Below are positions 1-9,407 of a stretch of DNA of 64,000 nucleotides, one piece after another. The position numbers were made by a program, and so were the translations under genes. Origin of the DNA: an uncultured Actinomycetes bacterium (GTDB taxonomy: Bacteria > Actinomycetota > Thermoleophilia > UBA2241); contig CAVRZA010000006.1 in NCBI GenBank assembly GCA_963725665.1, positions 384,001-448,000 of the forward strand. Direction: 5' to 3'. Every line of letters begins with the position of its first letter. Position 1 is the stretch's first letter. The notes beneath the pieces were generated by a model. It saw only the letters and a program-made list of their open reading frames with translations, was not told where the DNA came from and searched no databases.

Positions 1-838
1 GCCGCACGGCGATGGGGTATTCGGCCCTGATGTAGACGTACCCGTGGTGAGCACCGATGGCGTAGCTGCCGATGATCATCCCTTCGATGACCGAGTGGGG
101 GTCGCCCTCCATGATCGAGCAGTCCATGAACGCCCCGGGGTCGCCCTCGTCGGCGTTGCAGATGAGATACTTCACATCGTCCTGCGAGTTGTGGGCGAAC
201 TTCCACTTCATGCCCGTCGAGAACCCCGCGCCGCCGCGGCCGCGCAGTCCGGACTTGACGATCTCGTCGATGACCTCCTCAGGCGTCCGCGACGAAAGCA
301 CGTCGCGCGCGGCGTCGTAGCCGCCGCGCGCCAGGCACGCCTCGATGTCCTCGGGATCGATCCGGCCTACGTTGCGCAGCGCGATGCGCGTCTGCTGACG
401 GTAGAAGCCGAGCTCGTGGTAGTCGGCCACTCGTTCACCGGTGGCCGGATCCTTCGGCAGCAGCTTCTCGACGGCCCGCCCGTCGCGCAGATGCTGCTCG
501 ACGACCAGCTTCACCTGCTTCGGCTTGAGGTTGGGGTAGAGGGTGTCGTCGGGTGAGACGACCGTGACCGGGCTGGCCGAGCACAGGCCGTGACAGCCAA
601 TGATCGACACCCCGATGTCGGTCAGGCCGGCGGCGGCGAGCTCGCTCTTGAACGCCTCGGACACCTCGAGCGAGCCGGCGAAGACGCAGGCCGTACCGGC
701 GCAGACGAGCACCCGCCGCCGGCCGTTCTCGGAGGTAATCCGGACTTTGGCGGCCTCCACCACTTCGGATCCCGCGGGCCGGCCGCGGTCCACGCCCGCC
801 GCGCCGCCGTTGCCAGCCCCGCCGTCCCGCGCCGTCAT
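1..838 (-). CDS. NuoF/HydB-like NADH-binding flavoprotein subunit with N-terminal thioredoxin-like [2Fe-2S] domain; runs off the window
   Basis: Manual translation from ATG 838 (ATGA overlap with upstream stop): VLVCAGTAC...GCHGLC, SGLRGRGGAGF, YLICNADEGDPGAFMD, YIRAEYP. Missing from the ORF track because there is no stop in the window. Confidence 0.93.
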   Translation of the reverse strand, partial: MTARDGGAGNGGAAGVDRGRPAGSEVVEAAKVRITSENGRRRVLVCAGTACVFAGSLEVSEAFKSELAAAGLTDIGVSIIGCHGLCSASPVTVVSPDDTLYPNLKPKQVKLVVEQHLRDGRAVEKLLPKDPATGERVADYHELGFYRQQTRIALRNVGRIDPEDIEACLARGGYDAARDVLSSRTPEEVIDEIVKSGLRGRGGAGFSTGMKWKFAHNSQDDVKYLICNADEGDPGAFMDCSIMEGDPHSVIEGMIIGSYAIGAHHGYVYIRAEYPIAVR

Positions 839-1464
839 GACTCCCCCCCGCCGTTCTCGCTGTCAGCCGCGTCGCCCGCCGGGGCCGGCGCTCGGGCACC
901 CTCATCCCGACCCTCAGCAGCCCCGCCGTCTCCGGCACCCGCCTCGTCGGCCATGAGGGCGCGGATGACGCCGCGCGTCTTGTCGGGTGAGAGGTTGCCG
1001 TGCGACGTCCCGCCGATGCGCATCACCGGCGCCTGCGAGCAGGCGCCCATGCAAGCGACCGACCCCAGCGTGAAGGCCATGTCGGCCGTCGTCGCCCCGT
1101 CACACACGCCAAGCTCGTCCGCGAGGGCCTGGGTGATGAGCGTCGCACCGGCCACGTGGCAGGCGGTGCCGTGACAGACGTGGATCAGATGCTTGCCAAT
1201 GGGCGCCAGCCTGAACTCGTTGTAGAAGGTGGCCACGCCGTAGATGCGCGACGCGGGCACCCCCGTGAGGCGCGCCAGCTCGGCGACCACCGACTCTGGA
1301 AGATAGCCATAGACTCGCTGTAGACGCTGGAGGATCGAGATGAGCTCGGCAGCCGGGTCGGCGGCCTGAGCGACGATGTCGGCGACGGGCGCGAGGTCGA
1401 GGGCGGCGGCCCCTGGGCCGCCGCCCTCGACCTCGCGCCTGATTGTCACGGGGCGACGGGGCAT
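835..1464 (-). CDS. NuoE/HydC-like [2Fe-2S] subunit
   Basis: YGYLP, VATFY, VCHGTACH...ACMGACSQAP motifs; translationally coupled to the NuoF-like gene. Confidence 0.93.
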   Translation of the reverse strand: MPRRPVTIRREVEGGGPGAAALDLAPVADIVAQAADPAAELISILQRLQRVYGYLPESVVAELARLTGVPASRIYGVATFYNEFRLAPIGKHLIHVCHGTACHVAGATLITQALADELGVCDGATTADMAFTLGSVACMGACSQAPVMRIGGTSHGNLSPDKTRGVIRALMADEAGAGDGGAAEGRDEGARAPAPAGDAADSENGGGES

Positions 1465-1737
1465 GCAGTTCCTTCACCTGGCGAACGATCGGCAGCGACG
1501 GCGCCGCTAGGACCCTCGACGCTGGCCTCCGGCCGCCGAGCACAACCGTCGCGCTGGCCGCCGACTGTTTGGGGTGTTCTCACGTTCACGAAAGTGCTTT
1601 CAGGATACACCGGCCGCAACGCGTTGTGAATCGGCTGCTCAGAGGCACCGATCATACCCGCACGGTCTGCGTCACCTTCGCGGTCCCGTCACGCTCACCA
1701 TCAACGACCGCGGCCCCGTCTTGTGGGCGCGCTCCCG

Positions 1738-2598
1738 TCACGTCGGCACTGCCCCCGTCTGCGCGACGCACGCCGCGAGGGCGTTCTTCAGCAGCATGAC
1801 GTTGGTGACCGGGCCGACGCCACCGGGCACCGGCGTCACCTTCGAGGCACGCGCCGCCACTGCGTCGAAGTCGAGGCTGCCGACCTGCTTGCCCTCGACG
1901 CGGATGGTGGTCACGTCGACGACGATGGCGCCGTCCTTCACCATGTCGCCCTTGATGAGGTTCTGTACCGGGGCCGCGCAGATGAGGACGTCGGCCTCGC
2001 GGCAGGCCGACGGCACGTCCTTCGAGAAGATGTGCACAACGTGCACGGACGCGTTGCGGTTCAGGCAGAGCAGAGCGGCCGGTTTGCCGACGATGTTGGA
2101 GTGGTTGACGATGGTGACGTCGAGGCCCTCTAGCTCGATGCCCTCACGGTCGAGGATCTCCAGACAGGCCGACGGAGTCGCCGGCGCGAAGAGGAAATCG
2201 CCGAGCAGGACGTGACCGATGTTGGCCGGGTTCACGCAGTCGAGGTCCTTGATGGGATCGATGGCGTTGAACACCTTGGCCTGATCGATGCCCTCGGCCA
2301 TGGGCATGAGGGCCAGGATGCCGTGCACCGAGGCGTCGGCGTTCAGGCGGGCGATGAGGTCGAGAACCGCCTGCTCGGGCGTGTCAGCCGGCAGGCTGTG
2401 GTCGAAGTACGCCAGACCCACAGTGCCGGTGTTCTTCTCGATCTGGCCGCGGTAGAACTGCGCCCCGCCGTCGTCGCCCACGAGGATGGTGGCCACGCCG
2501 GGGGTGATCCCTAACCGGCTGAGCCGCGCGACCTCGGCCTTGATCTCCTCACGGATCTGCTCGGCGATGGCCTTGCCGTCGATGATCTGGGCTGTCAT
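1738..2598 (-). CDS. folD: Methylenetetrahydrofolate dehydrogenase (FolD family)
   Basis: IIDGKAIA, KDLD, SNIVGKP, TPVPGGVGPVT; RBS AGGAGG. Confidence 0.95.
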   Translation of the reverse strand: MTAQIIDGKAIAEQIREEIKAEVARLSRLGITPGVATILVGDDGGAQFYRGQIEKNTGTVGLAYFDHSLPADTPEQAVLDLIARLNADASVHGILALMPMAEGIDQAKVFNAIDPIKDLDCVNPANIGHVLLGDFLFAPATPSACLEILDREGIELEGLDVTIVNHSNIVGKPAALLCLNRNASVHVVHIFSKDVPSACREADVLICAAPVQNLIKGDMVKDGAIVVDVTTIRVEGKQVGSLDFDAVAARASKVTPVPGGVGPVTNVMLLKNALAACVAQTGAVPT

Positions 2599-2679
2599 GC
2601 GCTTCCTCCTTCTGGCCGCTGCGAGCGACCCCGGCTCACGTCTCCCACGCCCCGCTCCGCCGCCGGACGGGCCTCGCGC

Positions 2680-3324
2680 TCACAACTTCTCGCGCGTTGT
2701 CTTCAACACTTCCGCGCGCAGCCCGGCCGTCTCGGCGAGGATCTTAACGACCTCGTCGGCGGTGGCGCGCTTGTAGGCCTCGTCCTCGATCGAGCCCAGG
2801 TTGATCTCGACGTTCAGCGCGGCGCCCTGCGCCGCCGCCTCGCCGAACAACACCGCGCACCCAGCATCGGTCACGGCGGCAGGATTGCCGATCTCGGCGG
2901 CCGTCTTGGCCAGGCGACAGACGCGTACGGCCGCCCGGCAGATGTCCAGGGGCACGTCGGCGGCGTGGATGAGACCCTCCTGCACAGCCGCGTGCCGCGC
3001 CGCCTTCTCATCATCGGTCTCCTTCGGCAGGCGGTAGGCGGCGATGACCCCGTTGTACGCCGTGGTGTCGTTCTGCAGCAGCAGGGTGAGCTCACGGCGC
3101 ACCTGCTCGGCCTGCTCCACGAGCTCCTTCACCTGGCCCTCCAGGCCGGCGAACTTCTCTTTGCCCAGGGTCAGGTTGCAGACCATCGAGACGAGGGCCG
3201 CGCCGAGCGCGCCGACCGTCGCCGAGACGCTGCCCCCGCCGGGCGCCGGCGCGCTCGACGCGGCGGCATCCATGTAGCCGCGCAGCGGCACACCGGGGTA
3301 GTAGGTGGCGTTCTCCGCACTCAC
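2680..3324 (-). CDS. fchA: Methenyltetrahydrofolate cyclohydrolase (FchA / FTCD C-terminal family)
   Basis: APAPGGGSVSA, GNPAAVTDA, ALNVEINL; GTG 3324 after AGGAGG; lies between fhs and folD. Confidence 0.88.
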   Translation of the reverse strand: MSAENATYYPGVPLRGYMDAAASSAPAPGGGSVSATVGALGAALVSMVCNLTLGKEKFAGLEGQVKELVEQAEQVRRELTLLLQNDTTAYNGVIAAYRLPKETDDEKAARHAAVQEGLIHAADVPLDICRAAVRVCRLAKTAAEIGNPAAVTDAGCAVLFGEAAAQGAALNVEINLGSIEDEAYKRATADEVVKILAETAGLRAEVLKTTREKL

Positions 3325-3516
3325 GCTGCAAGCACCTCCTGTCGTCGCCAGGGCGTGCCCGCCGCGCATCGGCGCCGGCCCGAACGGTCTTCATGGGCCG
3401 GCCGCTCCCGTCAGGCGTGGCCTGCCGGAGCGGCGCCGCGGCGGCGGTTCCACGGGGGCGCCGGCGCCCCACGGCGGCCGGCGCCCCGCGTCGCTCCTCA
3501 ATCCCTCTGAATCCCT

Positions 3517-5226
3517 CTAGAACAAGCCGACGATGCGGCCGGTCTCGACGTCGATGTCGACGTCGACGGCCGCCGGCCGCTTGGGCAGACCGGGCATCGT
3601 ACGCATCTCACCGAGCAGCGGGTAGAGGTAGCCGGCGCCGGTGGCTGGACGGATGTCGCGGATCGGGATCCTGTAGCCCCGCGGGCGCCCCTTGACGGCC
3701 GGATCATGCGACAGCGAGAGGTGTGTCTTGGCCATGCAGAGCGGTAGCTTGTCGAGGCCCTGGTCGGTGAAGAGCTTGATCTTGGCCTCGGCTTCGGGCA
3801 GGTAGTCGACACCGTCGGCACCGTAGACCTTCGTGGCGATCGTCTCGATCTTCTCCTTGATGGAGACCTCGAGCGGGTAGAGGAACTTGAAGTCGCCGCC
3901 CTTGTCGGCGGCCGCCTGGACGACTCGGGCCGCCTCCTGGCCGCCGTCGCCGCCGAGCGCGTGCACGTTGATCGGCACGGCGTCTTCAGCGCCGGCCGCC
4001 ACCGCCGCCTTGCGCACGATCTCGACCTCGCTGTCGCGATCAAAGGCGAAGCGATTGAGGGTGACCACGACGGGGATGCCGAAGAGCTTCATGTTCTCGA
4101 CCTGCTTGGCGAGGTTCTCGCAGCCCTTCTCGAGGGCGGCGTTGTTCTCGGCCTTGAGCAGCTCCGGGTCGACCGGCAGGCCGCCGTGCATCTTGAGGGC
4201 CCGCATGGTGCAGGTGATGACCACGCAACTGGGCGCGAAGCCGCCGTAGCGGCAGATGATGTCCATGAACTTCTCGGAGCCGAGGTCGGCGCCGAAGCCG
4301 CTCTCGGTGACGAGGTAGTCGGCCAGCTTCATGCCGACCTTGTCGGCGATGATCGAGTTGTTGCCCTGGGCGATGTTGGCGAACGGGCCGGCGTGGACGA
4401 GGCAGGGGTTGCCCTCGAGCGTCTGCATGAGGTTGGGCTTGAGCGCATCCTTGAGGAGGACGGCCATCGAGCCGGCAGCCTTGATGTCTTCGGCGGTGAG
4501 CGGCTTGCCGTCGGTGCTGTAGCCGAAGGTGATGCGCCCGAGGCGCTCGCGCAGATCCCGGAGCGAGGTGGCGAGACCGAGGATGGCCATGACCTCGCTG
4601 GCCACCGTGATGTCGTAGCCGGTCTCGCGCGGGAGGCCGTTGAGCTTGCCGCCCAAGCCGACGACGATGTGGCGCAGGGCACGGTCGTTCAGGTCGACCA
4701 CCCGCCGCCACGAGATCGTGAGCGGGTCGATGTTGAGCGCGTTGCCGTGCATGAGATGCGTCTCGACCATGGCGGCGAGCAGGTTGTTGGCCGCGCCGAC
4801 GGCGTGGATGTCGCCGGTGAAGTGGAGGTTCAGGTCCTCCATCGGGACGACCTGGGAGTACCCGCCGCCGGCGGCGCCGCCCTTGATGCCGAACACCGGA
4901 CCGAGCGACGGCTCGCGAATGGCGAGCATCGTGTTCACCCCGAGGGCGTTCATCGACTCGACCAGACCGATCGAGGTGACCGTCTTACCCTCGCCGAGCG
5001 GCGTCGGCGTGATAGCCGTCACGTTGATGATCTTGCCGTCCGGCCTGTCGGCCAGGCGCTCGAGGACGGCCATATAGTCGATCTTGGCCTTGTAGCGACC
5101 GTAGTACTCGAGCTCGTCTTCCAGGATGCCAACCTTCGCGGCAATCTCATGGATCGGCTCAAGCTCGGTCGCCTGGGCGATCTCTATGTCGGACGGTACA
5201 GGGGATAGTCGAGTAACGGGTGACAC
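3517..5226 (-). CDS. fhs: Formate--tetrahydrofolate ligase
   Basis: TPTPLGEGKT, GIKGGAAGGGYSQV, NLHFTGD, HAGPFANIA, MPGLP; 569 aa. Confidence 0.98.
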   Translation of the reverse strand: MSPVTRLSPVPSDIEIAQATELEPIHEIAAKVGILEDELEYYGRYKAKIDYMAVLERLADRPDGKIINVTAITPTPLGEGKTVTSIGLVESMNALGVNTMLAIREPSLGPVFGIKGGAAGGGYSQVVPMEDLNLHFTGDIHAVGAANNLLAAMVETHLMHGNALNIDPLTISWRRVVDLNDRALRHIVVGLGGKLNGLPRETGYDITVASEVMAILGLATSLRDLRERLGRITFGYSTDGKPLTAEDIKAAGSMAVLLKDALKPNLMQTLEGNPCLVHAGPFANIAQGNNSIIADKVGMKLADYLVTESGFGADLGSEKFMDIICRYGGFAPSCVVITCTMRALKMHGGLPVDPELLKAENNAALEKGCENLAKQVENMKLFGIPVVVTLNRFAFDRDSEVEIVRKAAVAAGAEDAVPINVHALGGDGGQEAARVVQAAADKGGDFKFLYPLEVSIKEKIETIATKVYGADGVDYLPEAEAKIKLFTDQGLDKLPLCMAKTHLSLSHDPAVKGRPRGYRIPIRDIRPATGAGYLYPLLGEMRTMPGLPKRPAAVDVDIDVETGRIVGLF

Positions 5227-5412
5227 GCGCCCTCCTATCTGTCCATTCTCACGCGTTCAGGCTGGCAGTGGGCAGACTGGAGATCCAGTGCGAAGCCGGC
5301 CCACTTTGTGAACGATTCTACAGGTGCGCGAAATCGCTGGGCAAGCCACACCGGGCTAGCGTTCGCGCGGCGCTGCGACGGCGGCTGCTGCGGCCTCAGC
5401 GGAGCCACGCCA

Positions 5413-6699
5413 TCAGGCGCCGGCGAAGCGGCGGCGAGCCTGATCCTGGGCCGCCGCCAGCACCTCGGTCATCGGCACGCCGGCGGCGGCCGCCGCGGCG
5501 ACGCAGTCCTCGTACTCGGCGGAGGCGGTGACCAGGCGGCCGCGCAGGAAGCCGAGGCGCACGCGCACCTCGCGCCCGTGCACGGTCTCGGTCGCCCAGC
5601 GATCCTCGAGGTAGACCCGACCCACGCTGCCCACGCGCAAGCCGAACGTGGTCGTCTCGGCGAACACCGCCGCCGCGAGCTCGGCGCTCGCCTCGGGGCG
5701 GCAGAGGACGTGAAGGACCACGCCGGCACGACCCTTCTTCATCAGCGCCGGCGTCATCCACACGTCGAGCGCGCCGCGTCGGCGCAGCTCCTCCGCGGCG
5801 TGCGCGACGACCTCCGGGCTGGCGTCGTCGATGTTCGTCTCGAGGAGCTCGGCGCTGTCGCGCGGAGCCTCACCTGGGCCGGCGGCGCCGGAGGCCTCGC
5901 CGGCCGTCTCGACGAGGATGGCGCGCAGCACGTTGGGGCGCCGGGCGAGCTCACGCTGACCGGCGCCCACGCCGACGTCGACGATGACACCGGCCGGCAG
6001 CGGCCCGAACTCGTCGGCGAAGTAGGCCAGCAAGGCGGCGCCGGTCGGCGTCGTGAGCTCGCCGTCGTCGGGCGCTCCCCCCGCCGTGGGCAGGCCGCGC
6101 AGCAACGCGAGCACGGCCGGCGGCGGCACGGTCAGCTCGCCGTGAGCGGTGGCGACCGTGCCGCCGCCGAGCAGGGGCGGCGACGCCACGATCCTCTCCG
6201 GCGACAACAGACGCAGGAGCGACGCGGCGACCACCAGGTCGACGGCGGTGTCGAGCCCAGCCAGCTCGTGCAGGTGCTCCCGCACCGGCGCGGGCTCGCG
6301 CGACGCCGCAGGCACATCGCCGTTCGCCGGCTCGGCGCGCAGTGGCCGCACGGTGGCGCCGGCGTCCGAACCATGCACCTCGCGCTCGGCAGCCTCCATG
6401 CGCTCCGCCAGAGCCACGACGTCGGCGCGCACATCGCCGGGCAGCGCCGACTCGAGCACGGCCTCGCGCAGGCCGTCGAAGGTCGCGAAACCCGGCTCGG
6501 GCGCTACGACGAACTCGCGCGCCTCGAAACCGCCGCGCCGCGCGGGACGCCAGTGCACCAGCGAGGGGTCGATGCCGACGGCGGGCAGCGACTGGAGCAG
6601 GCGCTGCTCGCCCTCGTCTCCGGCGAGGGCGAGCAGCGCCGCGATCAGCATGTCGCCGCTGATGCCGCTGCTGCAGTCGAGATAGAGCGTGCGCGCCAT
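5413..6699 (-). CDS. larC: Nickel insertion protein LarC
   Basis: YLDCSSGISGDM, HLHE, GELTTPTGAA, LLETNIDD, MKKGR, ETTTFG, EYED. Confidence 0.92.
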   Translation of the reverse strand: MARTLYLDCSSGISGDMLIAALLALAGDEGEQRLLQSLPAVGIDPSLVHWRPARRGGFEAREFVVAPEPGFATFDGLREAVLESALPGDVRADVVALAERMEAAEREVHGSDAGATVRPLRAEPANGDVPAASREPAPVREHLHELAGLDTAVDLVVAASLLRLLSPERIVASPPLLGGGTVATAHGELTVPPPAVLALLRGLPTAGGAPDDGELTTPTGAALLAYFADEFGPLPAGVIVDVGVGAGQRELARRPNVLRAILVETAGEASGAAGPGEAPRDSAELLETNIDDASPEVVAHAAEELRRRGALDVWMTPALMKKGRAGVVLHVLCRPEASAELAAAVFAETTTFGLRVGSVGRVYLEDRWATETVHGREVRVRLGFLRGRLVTASAEYEDCVAAAAAAGVPMTEVLAAAQDQARRRFAGA

Positions 6700-6815
6700 C
6701 GTGCCCGCACTCTACCCTCGCGCCGCGCGCGCTGCCAAGCGCGAGCGGCGTCGTGGGCGACCCCGAGGCGCGGCGCGTTTACGCCACACCCGCCGGCTCC
6801 GGTAGAATCCCGGCG

Positions 6816-7847
6816 ATGAAGATCGCCCAGATAGCCCCGCCGTGGATCAGCGTCCCCCCCGAGGGCTACGGCGGCACCGAGTGGGTGGTCAAGCACCTGT
6901 GCGACGGCCTCGTCGCCGCCGGCCACGACGTCACGCTGTTCGCCACCGGCGACTCACAGACGCCGGCGCGGCTGCGCGCACTGTTCCCCGCACAGATGCC
7001 GCAGGTCATGGGGCAGACGCCGTTCGACGCGCGGCACGTGGCGTTCTCCCTCGCCGAGATCGAGGGTGCCGGCTACTTCGACCTCATCCACGACCACTCC
7101 GGCTTCCTCGTCGTCGCCTTCAGCCGCTACGTGGCGACCCCGATCGTCCACACCGTGCACTGCGCCTTCGACCCCGTGGCGTTCGGCTTCTACGAACAGT
7201 TCCGCGAGGCGGTGCCCTACGTGTCGATCAGCGACTTCCAGCGCACTCTCGGCCCGGCGGGGATGGACTGGGCCGGCACCGCCTACAACGCCATGCCGAT
7301 CGACGGCTGGCCCTTCTCCGCCGAGAAGGACGACTACCTGCTCGCCTTCGGACGCATCTGCGAGGACAAGGGCTTTCACCTCGCGATCGAGGTGGCGCGG
7401 CGCGCGGGCCGGCGCCTGGTGATGGCCGGCGTCGTGCAGGACTGGTACGCCGACTACTTCCACGAGCGCATCGAGCCCGAGGTCGACGGCGAACGGATCG
7501 TCTACCTGGGCGAGGTCTCCGACGAGCGCAAGCGGGAGATCTTCGCCCGCGCGCACGGGTTCATCTTCCCCATCCTGTGGCCCGAGCCCTTCGGCCTCGT
7601 GATGACCGAAGCGATGGCCGCGGGCACGCCGGTGATCGCCTTGCGCAACGGCTCCGTGCCCGAGGTGATCGATGACGGTGTGACGGGCTTCATCTGCGAC
7701 GACGTCGACGGCATGGTCGCCGCCGTAGACCGCCTGGACGAGATCGACCCCCGCACCTGCCGCCGGGTGGTCGAGGAGAGGTTCAGCGTGGCCCGCATGA
7801 CGGCCGCCTACGAGGCCTTGTACGGCCTCGTGCTCGCTCGCGCCTAG
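6816..7847 (+). CDS. Glycosyltransferase family 4
   Basis: MKIAQIAPPWISVPPEGYGGTE, EPFGLVMTEAMAAGTPV. Confidence 0.93.
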   Translation: MKIAQIAPPWISVPPEGYGGTEWVVKHLCDGLVAAGHDVTLFATGDSQTPARLRALFPAQMPQVMGQTPFDARHVAFSLAEIEGAGYFDLIHDHSGFLVVAFSRYVATPIVHTVHCAFDPVAFGFYEQFREAVPYVSISDFQRTLGPAGMDWAGTAYNAMPIDGWPFSAEKDDYLLAFGRICEDKGFHLAIEVARRAGRRLVMAGVVQDWYADYFHERIEPEVDGERIVYLGEVSDERKREIFARAHGFIFPILWPEPFGLVMTEAMAAGTPVIALRNGSVPEVIDDGVTGFICDDVDGMVAAVDRLDEIDPRTCRRVVEERFSVARMTAAYEALYGLVLARA

Positions 7848-9337
7848 GCGCTCCCACCCTGCGCCGCGAGCTTCGCCTCGATGTCGGCGAACTGCGCCGC
7901 GATCCACTTGTCGACGCTGTTGCACGCCACGACGGCGCGGATCTGCTCGGCCATCGCTTTGCGATCGCGTGTCGGCATCGTCAGCGCCCGGTGGATCGCC
8001 TGCGCCTGCTCCTCTATGTCGAACGGGTTCACCGGGACGCAGAACGCGGAGAGCTCCTCGAACGCTCCGGTGTTCTCGGAGAGGATGAGGACGCCGTGGC
8101 GGCGGTTCACGATGGCGCCTTCCTTGGCTACCAGGTTCATGCCGTCGAAGATGGCGTTGACCATGAGCGCGTCGTAGTTGCGGTACGCGGCCAGCGTGGC
8201 AGGAAAGTTGTCCTGGATGCGCAGGTCGATGGGCATCCAGTCGGTCGTCCCCTGCTTCGTGTTGACCTGCTCGACCGCGCGCAGTACACGCGCCCGGTAC
8301 TCCACGTACTCCTCGACGTCCTCACGCGAGGGCTGCAGCAGGGCGAGGAACGTGATGCGCTCCTTGAACTCGGGGTGCAGATCGAGGAAGCGGTCGAAGG
8401 CGAGAAAGCCGCGGATGATGTTCTTCGACAGGTCGAGACGATCGACGCGCACGAGCAGATAGTCGCGCCGACGCGACTGGAGCTCGCGCTCCTCCGACAG
8501 CACGCGCCGGTCCTCTGCCGGCACCTCGAGCGTCTCGGGGTCGATCGACACGGGGTACGCGCGTACCCAGACCTCGCGGTCGTGTAGAAGGACGGCGCGC
8601 CGGCGCAGGTCGACCTCGAGGTCGAGCAGCTCGGCGCAGCAGCGCAGGAAGTTGTCGACGTAGTGACTCGTGTGGAAGGCGACGATGTCGTTGGCGAGGA
8701 GACCGTCGAAGACCGATTCGCGCATCTCACGAGGGAGTATGCGCCAGTAGTCCGACTGCGCCCAGGGGATGTGCACGAACTGCTGCAGGAACACCCCGGG
8801 TGCGCCACGGCGTACCGTCGACGAAGCCAGGTAGAGATGGTAGTCGTGAACGACGCCGATATGGCGCTCGCCCGCGCCGTCGATCTCGTCGAGCATGGCC
8901 TCGGCGACCATGCGGTTGACGGGGACGTAACCCTCGCGCCAGGCGAGCAGCTCGTTCTCGCGGATGTCGGGATGCCAGCCCAGGTCCCAGAGGTAGTGCT
9001 GGATGAACCACAGGATGGGGTTGGCGACGATGTTGTAGTAGCGGAAGTAGGTGTCCGGATCGGGGGCCACGTAGCGCACGCGGTAGGTGTCGCCCTCGAG
9101 CGTCACGTCGACCGCCTTGCCGCACGCCGCGAGCCGAGCCTCCTCCTCGCTCTGGGCAGTGGCCACCCAGAGCCCAGGGCGCTTGCGCAGCATCGCCGTG
9201 AGGACCGTGACGAGGCCGCCGGCGCCCCGGGTGACGATGGGCTGGCCGGAGGGGTCGTCGTGGAACGACACGGGCCCGCGGTTGGCGGCCACGATGAGCC
9301 GACGCGGCGCGTCCCCGCGCTTCTCGCTCGCCGTCAT
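7844..9337 (-). CDS. otsA: Trehalose-6-phosphate synthase-like (GT20)
   Basis: ANRGP, GAGGLV, HDYHL, HIPW, DRLDLSKN, DGMNLVAKE, LSENTGA; ATG 9337 after GGAGG. Confidence 0.85.
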   Translation of the reverse strand: MTASEKRGDAPRRLIVAANRGPVSFHDDPSGQPIVTRGAGGLVTVLTAMLRKRPGLWVATAQSEEEARLAACGKAVDVTLEGDTYRVRYVAPDPDTYFRYYNIVANPILWFIQHYLWDLGWHPDIRENELLAWREGYVPVNRMVAEAMLDEIDGAGERHIGVVHDYHLYLASSTVRRGAPGVFLQQFVHIPWAQSDYWRILPREMRESVFDGLLANDIVAFHTSHYVDNFLRCCAELLDLEVDLRRRAVLLHDREVWVRAYPVSIDPETLEVPAEDRRVLSEERELQSRRRDYLLVRVDRLDLSKNIIRGFLAFDRFLDLHPEFKERITFLALLQPSREDVEEYVEYRARVLRAVEQVNTKQGTTDWMPIDLRIQDNFPATLAAYRNYDALMVNAIFDGMNLVAKEGAIVNRRHGVLILSENTGAFEELSAFCVPVNPFDIEEQAQAIHRALTMPTRDRKAMAEQIRAVVACNSVDKWIAAQFADIEAKLAAQGGSA

Positions 9338-9357
9338 CGTCCACCTCCTCCTCGTCG

Positions 9358-9405
9358 GGCGGCCGCGGCGGGGCGGGCGAGAGAGCCCGCCCCGCCGCGG
9401 CCGCC
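9358..9405. repeat. Perfect 21-bp GC-rich inverted repeat between treT and otsA
   Basis: GGCGGCCGCGGCGGGGCGGGC-GAGAGA-GCCCGCCCCGCCGCGGCCGCC. Confidence 0.85.
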
Positions 9406-9407
9406 TT

